A DNA stretch of 17,397 nt from an uncultured Erysipelotrichaceae bacterium (GCA_964457525.1 CAYWGS010000025.1:1-17397), one strand, 5' to 3'. Shown: positions 6,629 to 14,194, counted from the first letter of the stretch. Made by a program: numbers and translations. Notes: generated by a model from the sequence alone, not told the origin.

Positions 6629-8656
6629 TTAGCTTACGATTCGATAATAGACTTTTGCGGTCCTACTATACACAAAACTATAGATGAGTGAGAACACAGC
6701 TAAGGTAATAAATGTGCACAATAGGAATAAACTTGTGTTTGTAAGATTAAATAATACGAGTAATTGCGTAATCATCTTAAATGCAAATGCGATATGTAAG
6801 AAAGCAAAGGTTAATGGTAAGAAGAAGATAATGAGTATTTGACTACGAATACTAACTTTAATCTCATCATAACTCATTCCCACTTTCTTTAAGATGGAAT
6901 AACGTTCTTTATCATCATAACCTTCAGAGATTTGTTTGTAATATATGATAAGTACTGTTGCGAACATAAAGAGTAAACCTAAGAACAACCCAAGGAATAA
7001 GAATCCACCATACATGGAATAGAATGAAGATTCATTCGCTTGTCTTGAATCAATATAGATATCACGATTCGATGAATCTCTTACTTGTAACTGCCCTGCT
7101 TCATTCGTAAACTCATAAGATAAATCTCTGAGATACGAATTGAGACCCTCATACACAATAAGTTTTGATTCTGTATCCCCTTGTAAGTCAATGGTCATAT
7201 GATAAAACCGGTTACTTGATGATTCTCCATAAACTTCTTCTTGAGTGTTAAAAATCCAATCAAACTCTTCTTGATCCTTCACCACAACCAAATAGTTATC
7301 ATTCATCATATAAAGGTATGAATCCATATTAGGAACAGAATCCACATTCTCCTTAACACGATACTCTTTATCAAACATTTCGAACTTATCCTCAAGCGTC
7401 GTATGATTGGAGTACAGTAATACTTCATTATCTTGTAGTTCAACTTCGTGTTGCGTATAAGAATAATAATCTTGATAGGTAATAACATTCACATATGCAT
7501 TCAATTCTTCATAGGATTGATTTTCTTCACGAGGGTTTAGTTTGTCTCCTTGTTTATTGAAAATCAAACCAAAATCCGTATACGATAAGATTTTTTCTTC
7601 TTGTGCATAGTTTTGATCCAAATAATCCTGAACCAACTGTTTTAAGTAATCCCCTTCATATGCGATTGGTTTGTATAACTGAACTGAAATATCACTTGGA
7701 TATCTTAATTCAAGAATATCCTGTACCCCTACATACAATGAAACAGTTGTGGATACCATGACTAAGACCATGGTTGATAAGATACAGATGCTTGCTAAAC
7801 CTACTGCATTCTGTTTCATTCGATAGAACATCGAAGATACAGCGATAAAATGTTTCTTGTTGTAATAAAAATGCTTATTCTTTCTTAATAGTTTTAATAA
7901 ACTTATACTACCTGCTATAAACAAGCAATAGGTTCCGATAATGACAAGCACAACTGCGATAAAGAACATTGAAATTGCAGTTAATGGCGACTCGGTTGTG
8001 ATTGCGATAATGTATCCACTTAATAGTGATGCTAAACCAATAATCGTTAACCAAAGTCTTGATTTAGGTTCCTTTTCACCATAGTTACCACCTAAAACAA
8101 GTTCAATCGGTTTAGAGCGATAGACTTGGAATACATTGATAATCAACGTGAATGCATTAATGGATACAAATAGTACAAGTGTAACAATTATTGGAAATAA
8201 CTTCACCTCAAATTTAATTGGAACACTAAACTGAACTAAATAGAACAAGATAAGAAATATCAATCGAGAGAACACAATTCCAGTAATCAAACCAAATACG
8301 ATTGTGATGACTCCTGAAATCATGGATTCATTGAATAGAATACGAGCAATATGTCGCTTTTCCATTCCTAGTATATTGTAAAGCCCTAATTCTTTCTTGC
8401 GTCGTTTGATAAGAAAACTATTGGTATATAAAAGAAATATAATCGAGAACATCCCTACCACAACCGTTCCAAATCCAAGAATAGAGGTAAGTGATCCATG
8501 ACCCGGCATAAGGACTAAACCATCATTGTTCGCAATCATGATCATGACATAGAACATCGCGATGGTCGCAATACAGGTAAGCAAGTATGGATAATAGAAT
8601 CGAGAGTTCTTACGAATATTGGATAAGGCTAATTTCGGATAAAAGAAACTACGCAT
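6629..8656 (-). CDS. BceB-type ABC transporter permease (FtsX-like, 10 TM with large extracellular domain)
   Basis: About 675 aa. The N-terminus FYPKLALSNIRKNSRFYYPYLL is typical of the BceB family. Multiple hydrophobic helices flank a roughly 220-aa hydrophilic domain (approx. residues 310-540). ATG 8656 is preferred because GGTGGTGA precedes it. The track's GTG at 8668 is an alternative start. Confidence 0.85.
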   Translation of the reverse strand: MRSFFYPKLALSNIRKNSRFYYPYLLTCIATIAMFYVMIMIANNDGLVLMPGHGSLTSILGFGTVVVGMFSIIFLLYTNSFLIKRRKKELGLYNILGMEKRHIARILFNESMISGVITIVFGLITGIVFSRLIFLILFYLVQFSVPIKFEVKLFPIIVTLVLFVSINAFTLIINVFQVYRSKPIELVLGGNYGEKEPKSRLWLTIIGLASLLSGYIIAITTESPLTAISMFFIAVVLVIIGTYCLFIAGSISLLKLLRKNKHFYYNKKHFIAVSSMFYRMKQNAVGLASICILSTMVLVMVSTTVSLYVGVQDILELRYPSDISVQLYKPIAYEGDYLKQLVQDYLDQNYAQEEKILSYTDFGLIFNKQGDKLNPREENQSYEELNAYVNVITYQDYYSYTQHEVELQDNEVLLYSNHTTLEDKFEMFDKEYRVKENVDSVPNMDSYLYMMNDNYLVVVKDQEEFDWIFNTQEEVYGESSSNRFYHMTIDLQGDTESKLIVYEGLNSYLRDLSYEFTNEAGQLQVRDSSNRDIYIDSRQANESSFYSMYGGFLFLGLFLGLLFMFATVLIIYYKQISEGYDDKERYSILKKVGMSYDEIKVSIRSQILIIFFLPLTFAFLHIAFAFKMITQLLVLFNLTNTSLFLLCTFITLAVFSLIYSFVYSRTAKVYYRIVS

Positions 8657-9416
8657 ATCGTTCACCACCGGTAGCGATCAGTGATAATGTATCCGAAATC
8701 TTTTGATACAGTTCTTCATCACTCATAGAACCTTTATACAACTGATGGAAGACTTCCCCATCCTTAATAAATAGAACACGTTTCGCATGACTCGCAGCTT
8801 TTATACTGTGTGTAACCATTAGAATAGTTTGTCCTTCTTCATTGATTTGTTTGAATAACTTTAATAATTCATCAGTAGAATGAGAGTCTAAGGCTCCGGT
8901 TGGTTCATCCGCAAGAATTAATTTTGGATTGGTAATAAGTGCTCGTGCAACCGCAACACGTTGTTTTTGTCCACCGGATATTTCATATGGGTATTTTGAT
9001 AGGATATCTTGAATCCCCAATTTCTGTGCAATAGGGCGTAGTTTTTCACTCATCTTAAAGATTGTCTCATTGGATAATACAAGCGGCAGAAAAATATTGT
9101 CTTGAACTGAAAAGGTATCGAGAAGATTAAAGTCTTGGAATACAAAACCAAGATTATTTCGTCTAAACGCTGAAATATCTTTTTCTTTGATTGTACTCGT
9201 ACTCTTACCATCCAACACAACATCCCCAGAACTCGCTTTATCAAGGGATGCGATGATATTTAAGAGTGTGGTCTTTCCGGATCCACTTTCTCCCATTATC
9301 GCTACATATTCACCTTCTTCAACAGTAAATGAAACATTGGTTAACGCTTGAACTTGATTCAGCCCTAAACGAGTTGTGTATATTTTCTTAAGGTTTGTTA
9401 CTTCTAGTATGGTCAT
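8649..9416 (-). CDS. BceA-type ABC transporter ATP-binding protein
   Basis: Walker [11 protein letters not shown], signature [15 protein letters not shown], Walker [13 protein letters not shown], and H-loop VTHS. Shine-Dalgarno AAGGAGAA. It overlaps the permease start by 8 nt. Confidence 0.9.
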   Translation of the reverse strand: MTILEVTNLKKIYTTRLGLNQVQALTNVSFTVEEGEYVAIMGESGSGKTTLLNIIASLDKASSGDVVLDGKSTSTIKEKDISAFRRNNLGFVFQDFNLLDTFSVQDNIFLPLVLSNETIFKMSEKLRPIAQKLGIQDILSKYPYEISGGQKQRVAVARALITNPKLILADEPTGALDSHSTDELLKLFKQINEEGQTILMVTHSIKAASHAKRVLFIKDGEVFHQLYKGSMSDEELYQKISDTLSLIATGGERYA

Positions 9417-9450
9417 CGTATATTCTCCTTATTTAACAATAAAAGTTTAA

Positions 9451-9481
9451 CAAAATAAAATGAATCGAACGATCGATTCAT
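9451..9481 (-). terminator. Rho-independent terminator downstream of the bceRS-like genes
   Basis: The minus strand reads ATGAATCGA-TCGT-TCGATTCAT, a 9-bp stem at 9481-9460, followed by TTTTATTTTG (9460-9451). Confidence 0.7.
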
Positions 9482-9519
9482 CTTACAATATGAACTCTAA
9501 TCTTACAATTTTGTAAGAT
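9480..9519 (-). promoter_or_regulatory. Putative BceR-type response-regulator binding sites (inverted repeat plus downstream half-site)
   Basis: There is a perfect 9-2-9 inverted repeat, ATCTTACAA-TT-TTGTAAGAT, at 9500-9519, containing TTACA-N4-TGTAA. A third copy of the 10-nt word ATCTTACAAT lies at 9480-9489, exactly 20 bp from the copy at 9500-9509. Confidence 0.6.
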
Positions 9520-10514
9520 TAATTATCTTTTATACTAATTCCATCTAAATGTATTTTTACAATGGTTCCTTTATTCACAGTTGATTTTGCTTCAATCGAA
9601 TGTCCTAGTTTACTCAATATCATCTTGCATAAGTATAGACCCAATCCAGTCGATTTCTTATCTCTTCTTCCATTAAAGCCTGTATATCCTTTTTCAAATA
9701 TTCTAGGTAAATCTTCTACTTGAATTCCAATTCCCGTATCTTCAATGATTAATGTCGTTTCGTTTTCACTGGATATCTTGATTTTGCCTTCACTCGTATA
9801 CTTTAAGGCATTGGATAATACTTGTTCAATTACAAAACTTAACCATTTCTCATCGGATAGAACCGTAATATTTATATTTTCTAATTCTATTTGAATCTTC
9901 TTTCGTATAAAGAACTTTGCATATTCTCGAATAATTGAACGAATAATCGGTTCGCATTGAATCTTTCGTATCACAAAATCATTTGTTTCCGAGTTTAATC
10001 GATAATACCCCAGTAACATGCTCACATATTTCTCAATTTCAAACAATTCCTCTTTAATGGATTGGTTCTCTTCAATCTCATTTGTCTGTAAGAGTAAACG
10101 CATTGCGGAAATCGGCGTTTTAATCTGATGAGCCCAAAGTGTTGTGATATCCATTAAGTCATTGTATTTATTCATGGAATCATTGAGTGATGATTGGTGT
10201 TCTTGCATAACCTTAGAAAGGATTTGTTGATATTCTTCCTCAAATAGATGATAACTCTCTGGTAATTGATCCATTTGGAAGTTGGGTTGGTTTAATACTG
10301 ATTCTAAATAGTTAAGGTGTTTTACACCTTTGTAGAGATAGACAACAAGAATAACTATACCGATAAAACTTGAAAGTAACAGGGCATAGAGAATCACTTC
10401 GATGTTGACAGAGGAAAGAAATAAAACCAAGAAAAAAATCGAACAAATCAAAATAAACAATAGAATTGTTCGTCGTATATTAAATAATAACTTTAGTACA
10501 TTTCTAAAACTCAT
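9519..10514 (-). CDS. BceS-type intramembrane-sensing histidine kinase
   Basis: Two N-terminal TM helices are joined by almost no extracellular loop. H-box LWAHQIKTPISAM. N/G boxes NALKYT and EDTGIGI...GLGLYLC. ATG 10514, 1 nt after the RR stop, is preferred. The track's TTG at 10523 is an alternative start. Confidence 0.85.
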   Translation of the reverse strand: MSFRNVLKLLFNIRRTILLFILICSIFFLVLFLSSVNIEVILYALLLSSFIGIVILVVYLYKGVKHLNYLESVLNQPNFQMDQLPESYHLFEEEYQQILSKVMQEHQSSLNDSMNKYNDLMDITTLWAHQIKTPISAMRLLLQTNEIEENQSIKEELFEIEKYVSMLLGYYRLNSETNDFVIRKIQCEPIIRSIIREYAKFFIRKKIQIELENINITVLSDEKWLSFVIEQVLSNALKYTSEGKIKISSENETTLIIEDTGIGIQVEDLPRIFEKGYTGFNGRRDKKSTGLGLYLCKMILSKLGHSIEAKSTVNKGTIVKIHLDGISIKDN

Positions 10515-10515
10515 A

Positions 10516-11187
10516 TTACTCAATCATATAACCAAGACCCTTCTTGGTTACGATGAAATCAATTAATCCAATATTTTCACACTTTTTTCTTAATCGATTC
10601 ATATTCACAGAAAGTGTATTCTCATCCACATAACTATCATTCTCCCACAAACGCGTCATGAGAGATTCTCGACTGATAATCTTTCCATTGTGTTCAAATA
10701 ACATTTGGATAATTCTAAATTCATTTTTTGTGAGTTCTATTTTGTTTTCTTGATACGTTAAACTCGAATCATTGAGATTAAGAAAAACATTTCGATGTTC
10801 GAGAATATTGGTTAAACCATTAAAGTCATAGGTTCTTCTTAAGATTGCTTGAATCTTCGCATGTAATACGGATAAATCAAATGGTTTAGAGATGAAGTCA
10901 TCCCCACCCATATTCATCGCCATAACCATGTTCATATTATCTGACATGGATGAGACAAAAAGGATTGGAACTTTAGATAATTTACGTATCTCAGCACACC
11001 AATAAAAGCCATTATAAAATGGCAGTGATATATCGAGTAAAACGAGTTGAGGATCCATTTCGACAAAATGGGTTAACACATTCTGAAAATCACTGCATGT
11101 CTCAACTTGATATCCCCATTGAATCATGAAGTTTTTAATGGATCGTGCGATGATTTCATCGTCTTCTATGACAAGTATTTTATACAA
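10516..11187 (-). CDS. BceR-type OmpR-family response regulator
   Basis: The receiver domain (KILVIEDD...LLDISLP...SSMSD...KPF) is followed by a winged-helix domain (LTKNEFRIIQML...VDENTLSVNMNRLRKK...GLGY). The start is moved to TTG 11187, preceded by AAGAGG 6 nt upstream. The track's 24-codon extension runs through the upstream terminator and a TATAAT box. Confidence 0.85.
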   Translation of the reverse strand: MYKILVIEDDEIIARSIKNFMIQWGYQVETCSDFQNVLTHFVEMDPQLVLLDISLPFYNGFYWCAEIRKLSKVPILFVSSMSDNMNMVMAMNMGGDDFISKPFDLSVLHAKIQAILRRTYDFNGLTNILEHRNVFLNLNDSSLTYQENKIELTKNEFRIIQMLFEHNGKIISRESLMTRLWENDSYVDENTLSVNMNRLRKKCENIGLIDFIVTKKGLGYMIE

Positions 11188-11228
11188 GTTAAACCTCTTA
11201 TTTCTTTCTCTATTATAAACAAGAATAA

Positions 11229-11253
11229 GAAAAAACACATCCTTAGATGTGTT
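11229..11253 (-). terminator. Rho-independent terminator of the feo operon
   Basis: The minus strand reads AACACATC-TAAG-GATGTGTT followed by TTTTTC. The stem overlaps the TAA at 11252-11254. Confidence 0.7.
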
Positions 11254-11389
11254 AATCACAATGACAATCTTTATTTCCTGTAGACGGACAAGAACTACAA
11301 GTCACTCCACGTTTTTTATCTATGATAATTTTACGTAATGCAAATCCAACAATGAGTACGATAATACCAAGTACAATCGCATCCATCAT
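11252..11389 (-). CDS. FeoB-associated Cys-rich membrane mini-protein (45 aa, not in the ORF track)
   Basis: Hand translation of the minus strand gives MMDAIVLGIIVLIVGFALRKIIIDKKRGVTCSSCPSTGNKDCHCD. This is one TM helix, then a basic stretch, then a Cys-rich tail (5 Cys and 1 His), matching the FeoB-associated Cys-rich family architecture. Its ATG overlaps the feoB TAA (TAATG at 11387-11391). Confidence 0.7.
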   Translation of the reverse strand: MMDAIVLGIIVLIVGFALRKIIIDKKRGVTCSSCPSTGNKDCHCD

Positions 11390-13383
11390 TAAGCACCTTG
11401 ACTGACTAGATTATTATCAGTCTGTTCGTTTTTCTTGATAAGGAAGATGATTGTTCCAATATATACCAACACAATCACAAGTCCCATGAGTAATCCATCA
11501 CCGAGTTGACCTGTTGTGATCAATGTACCAATTTGATAGATGAAGAAAGCTAAGGTATAACCCATTCCTAATTGGAAACCAATTGCACCAAATAACCACT
11601 TCTTACTATCCAGTTCCGCATTCATTGCGCCGATAGCAGCGAAACATGGTGGCGTAAATAAGTTGAAGCATAGATAAGCAAGAGCCGCTACCTTTGTCAA
11701 ACCTAGGATCGTAGCCACTTCAGTCGAACCTGATACAAGCACTAATTCATCTGTATTGATAAAGTTTGTAATTCCAAACACAACAGCGAGTGTCCCAACA
11801 ACATTTTCTTTTGCGATAAAGCCTGTGATTGCGGCTGCAGCTAATTGCCATAAAGCAAATCCAAGTGGAATAAATAGAATTGATAGAGGACCCGCTAGAC
11901 TTGCAAGAATACTTGCGGAAGCCATACCCTCATCCACAAGTTGTAAGTTCCATGAGAATGTTTGCATCACTTGTACTAAGGTATTACTGATTAAGATAAT
12001 TGTGACTGCTTTAATAACGAATTGTTTACCTTGAGAAATCATGGAAATAAATGCACGTTTGAAACTTGGGAAACGATATTCAGGTAACTCAAGAATGAAA
12101 TAAGAACGAGTTGATGTATCCCCTGTAATCTTACGAATAACTAAAGCACCAACAACGACAATCATAATCCCAATGAAATACATCAGTGTACCAACCCAAG
12201 CAGCTTCTTGGAAGAAGACACCTGCGAATAGAGCGATAACTGGTAATTTAGCTCCACAAGGCATGAAGGATGTTAGCATCGCAGTCGTACGACGTTGACG
12301 ATCATCACGAATGGTTCGTGTCGACATAATACCAGGAATTGCACAGCCTGTACTAATAACCATCGGGATAATGGAACGACCGGATAATCCAACCTTCTTA
12401 AGATAAGGATCCATTACAACCGCCACACGTGCCATATAACCACTGTCTTCAAGTAGGGCAAGTAAGAAGAATAGAACCATAATAAGTGGTAAGAAGCCAA
12501 CAATCGCTCCTACACCACCAATAATTCCATCCAATAAGAGTGCAGATAGAAGTGGAGAAACACTGTCTCCTAATAAACTTTGTACAAATGCATAGAACGC
12601 ATCAATCCATGTGACTAAGTAGTCTGCCAAGAATGGACCCAACGTTGATTGTGAGATAGAGAATACTAAGTAGAGAACAAGCGCAAAGATTGGAATACCT
12701 AAGTATTTATTCGCAACAATGCGATCAATCTTATCATTGATATTTTCTTTATCACTGGACTCTTGTCGAACTTCTACTTTTGATACAAGAGCATTTACAT
12801 ACTCAAAACGTTTCTTATCGGATTCAATCAGTGTTTCTTTATCCACTGAATCAAAGTTAACTCCTACAAATGGTGCTGTTTGTTTCGACCCCTTAACCTT
12901 TTCACATGCATGGGTTAATTCTGACAATCCTTTATTATTGATTGCTGCTGTTCGAATTACAGGACAACCTAATTCTTTAGATAATTTTTCGATATCTATT
13001 TCAATTTCTTTTTTACCCGTTAAATCCCATTTATTCAACGCAATAACAACCGGTACACCTAATTCTAAAAGTTGTGTTGTGAAGAACAAACTACGATTTA
13101 AACTAGACGCATCTACAATATTTATAATGACATCTGGATTCTCTTGATTCACATAGTCACGTGTAATTCTTTCTTCTGAAGTAAAAGGAGACATGGAATA
13201 GGTTCCGGGTAAGTCAATAATTCTTACAGTTCCTAAACCCTTTGTTATTTGTTTCTTCGCATACCCTTCTTTTCGAGCAACTGTTACACCAGGCCAGTTC
13301 CCTACATGTTCAATACTTCCTGTCATCGCATTAAATAGTGTTGTTTTACCACTATTTGGATTTCCTGCTAGTGCAATTCTCAT
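11389..13383 (-). CDS. feoB: Ferrous iron transporter FeoB
   Basis: The N-terminal G-domain has GNPNSGKTTLFN (G1), DLPGTYS (G3) and NKWD (G4). It is followed by a polytopic membrane domain with the gate-motif Cys regions. 664 aa. Shine-Dalgarno AAAGGAGAG. Confidence 0.95.
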   Translation of the reverse strand: MRIALAGNPNSGKTTLFNAMTGSIEHVGNWPGVTVARKEGYAKKQITKGLGTVRIIDLPGTYSMSPFTSEERITRDYVNQENPDVIINIVDASSLNRSLFFTTQLLELGVPVVIALNKWDLTGKKEIEIDIEKLSKELGCPVIRTAAINNKGLSELTHACEKVKGSKQTAPFVGVNFDSVDKETLIESDKKRFEYVNALVSKVEVRQESSDKENINDKIDRIVANKYLGIPIFALVLYLVFSISQSTLGPFLADYLVTWIDAFYAFVQSLLGDSVSPLLSALLLDGIIGGVGAIVGFLPLIMVLFFLLALLEDSGYMARVAVVMDPYLKKVGLSGRSIIPMVISTGCAIPGIMSTRTIRDDRQRRTTAMLTSFMPCGAKLPVIALFAGVFFQEAAWVGTLMYFIGIMIVVVGALVIRKITGDTSTRSYFILELPEYRFPSFKRAFISMISQGKQFVIKAVTIILISNTLVQVMQTFSWNLQLVDEGMASASILASLAGPLSILFIPLGFALWQLAAAAITGFIAKENVVGTLAVVFGITNFINTDELVLVSGSTEVATILGLTKVAALAYLCFNLFTPPCFAAIGAMNAELDSKKWLFGAIGFQLGMGYTLAFFIYQIGTLITTGQLGDGLLMGLVIVLVYIGTIIFLIKKNEQTDNNLVSQGA

Positions 13384-13398
13384 AATTTCTCTCCTTTT

Positions 13399-13417
13399 GT
13401 TACCCTAAGCTAACTTT
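13399..13417 (-). promoter_or_regulatory. 19-bp conserved motif, copy B (candidate DtxR-like operator or RNA element) just upstream of the feoB RBS
   Basis: The minus strand reads AAAGTTAGCTTAGGGTAAC. It is identical at 17 of 19 positions to the copy at 14060-14078. Confidence 0.4.
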
Positions 13418-13430
13418 ATCTTTAAAAAAA

Positions 13431-13646
13431 TTAGACGATGATTGCTTTCGCTAATTCATCATCAATACTATATCGTGCATCGTTAATGTTTACGACATAG
13501 GTAGAACTTAATTTTGATATAACAGTGATACTCTGTCCTTCATAACAGCCCAATGAAAACAAGAAGTTTATCATCGCAACGTCCTTAGTTTGAATGGATT
13601 TAATCATGTATTTTGTATTAAGTTTTACGTTTGTTAAATTTGTCAT
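13431..13646 (-). CDS. feoA: FeoA (SH3-like ferrous iron transport protein A)
   Basis: 71 aa. It has the FeoA-type pattern (...KIKSI......FLFSLGCYEGQSITVISK...YVVNINDARYSIDDELAKAI) and sits immediately upstream of feoB. Confidence 0.85.
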   Translation of the reverse strand: MTNLTNVKLNTKYMIKSIQTKDVAMINFLFSLGCYEGQSITVISKLSSTYVVNINDARYSIDDELAKAIIV

Positions 13647-13673
13647 AACCCATTCCGTTTCTTCATTGACTGT

Positions 13674-14045
13674 TTATTCTTTATCACTCAAATACGCTTT
13701 TATCGCATCGATATACGATTCAGTAATAACATGTTCCATACGACAAGCATTCTCTTCCGCATCTTTTACTGAGAGTTTTAGTGCTTTTTGAAGATACTCA
13801 GAGATTAATAGATGACGATCATATATCTTTTTAGATAGAGAACGACCATGTTCAGTTAGTGTAATGGGACCATAATCTTCTTGATGAATTAAATCACGAC
13901 TTTTTAGTTGAGCCATTGCTTTAGTCACACTGGGCTTAGATAAGCTTAGTGCTTTAGAAATCTCAGCCACATGTGCATGACCTTGTCTTTGTTCTAGAAT
14001 GTAAATTGTCTCTAAGTACATCTCGGCTGAATCGTGATATTTCAT
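13674..14045 (-). CDS. DtxR/IdeR-family iron-dependent repressor, two-domain form lacking the SH3-like domain
   Basis: AEMYLETIYIL aligns with DtxR TEMYLRTIYEL (Met10 equivalent). The HTH is VAEISKALSLSKPSVTKAMAQL. ENACRMEHVITE aligns with DtxR DEACRWEHVMS (equivalents of Cys102, Glu105 and His106). The protein ends at 123 aa. Confidence 0.85.
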   Translation of the reverse strand: MKYHDSAEMYLETIYILEQRQGHAHVAEISKALSLSKPSVTKAMAQLKSRDLIHQEDYGPITLTEHGRSLSKKIYDRHLLISEYLQKALKLSVKDAEENACRMEHVITESYIDAIKAYLSDKE

Positions 14046-14056
14046 TTTGCTTAAGT

Positions 14057-14078
14057 AAAGTTACCCTTAACTAACTTT
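14057..14078 (-). promoter_or_regulatory. 19-bp conserved motif, copy A, within a 22-bp pseudo-palindrome (candidate DtxR-like operator)
   Basis: The minus strand reads AAAGTTAGTTAAGGGTAACTTT, with 7-bp arms AAAGTTA and TAACTTT around an 8-bp centre. It lies between the putative -10 (14087-14092) and the start codon at 14045. Confidence 0.45.
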
Positions 14079-14086
14079 CCTATTTT

Positions 14087-14114
14087 AGTATATACCTTTT
14101 TCATTCAAAGGCAA
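14087..14114 (-). promoter_or_regulatory. Putative sigma-A promoter of the dtxR-feoAB operon
   Basis: The minus strand reads TTGCCT (14114-14109), a 16-bp spacer, then TATACT (14092-14087). Confidence 0.4.
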
Positions 14115-14149
14115 GAATTTTTCCCACTTTTTGAGCATAATACTTGCAA

Positions 14150-14165
14150 AGATTATAAATTTATA
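14150..14165. promoter_or_regulatory. 16-nt AT-rich box AGATTATAAATTTATA (copy 1), containing the 12-bp palindrome TATAAATTTATA
   Basis: It is exactly identical to 15878-15893 in the perR promoter. It is intergenic, upstream of the feo operon promoter. Confidence 0.45.
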
Positions 14166-14194
14166 CTTGTATGTGAATTCTGTGACATTCCTCA

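Noticed and set aside
7306-9244. Same-strand out-of-frame ORFs 7306-7488 (60 aa) and 9050-9244 (64 aa), nested in the permease and ATPase genes.
   Set aside because: They lie entirely inside well-supported ABC transporter CDSs. Their sequences are low-complexity and Ile/Leu/Arg/Lys-rich, as expected from frame-shifted AT-rich coding DNA. They have no Shine-Dalgarno and no recognisable motif.
11188-11259. The ORF-track N-terminal extension of the response regulator (MINTSKDVFFLILVYNRERNKRFN). Similar extensions occur at 2514-2567, 2839-2889, 5556-5603, 8657-8668 and 10515-10523.
   Set aside because: The extensions run through a terminator hairpin, promoter hexamers or the preceding gene. Internal starts with proper Shine-Dalgarno spacing restore canonical family N-termini, namely KILVIEDD, MKKIVIIGG and MEYVKLGNTG.
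11756-13147. Antisense ORFs 11756-12034 (92 aa) and 12719-13147 (142 aa), opposite feoB.
   Set aside because: FeoB is unambiguous on the minus strand. The antisense frames have no RBS, promoter or domain motif. Their Ser/Leu/Ile-rich composition is what the reverse complement of a membrane or G-domain gene yields. Long antisense ORFs of this kind arise by chance from codon bias.
13594-13791. Plus-strand ORF 13594-13791 (65 aa) spanning the dtxR/feoA junction.
   Set aside because: It is antisense to two motif-supported genes, has no RBS, and its sequence is low-complexity.
776-14190. The 12-13-nt word TTCTGTGACATT(C) occurs at 807-819 and at 14178-14190, and inverted at 777-788.
   Set aside because: Two of the three copies are simply the two arms of the terminator hairpin at 776-819. 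For the third copy, there are about 3x10^8 pairwise position comparisons in the window on both strands, against 4^13 (about 6.7x10^7) possible words. Several 13-nt matches are therefore expected by chance, more so in AT-rich DNA.
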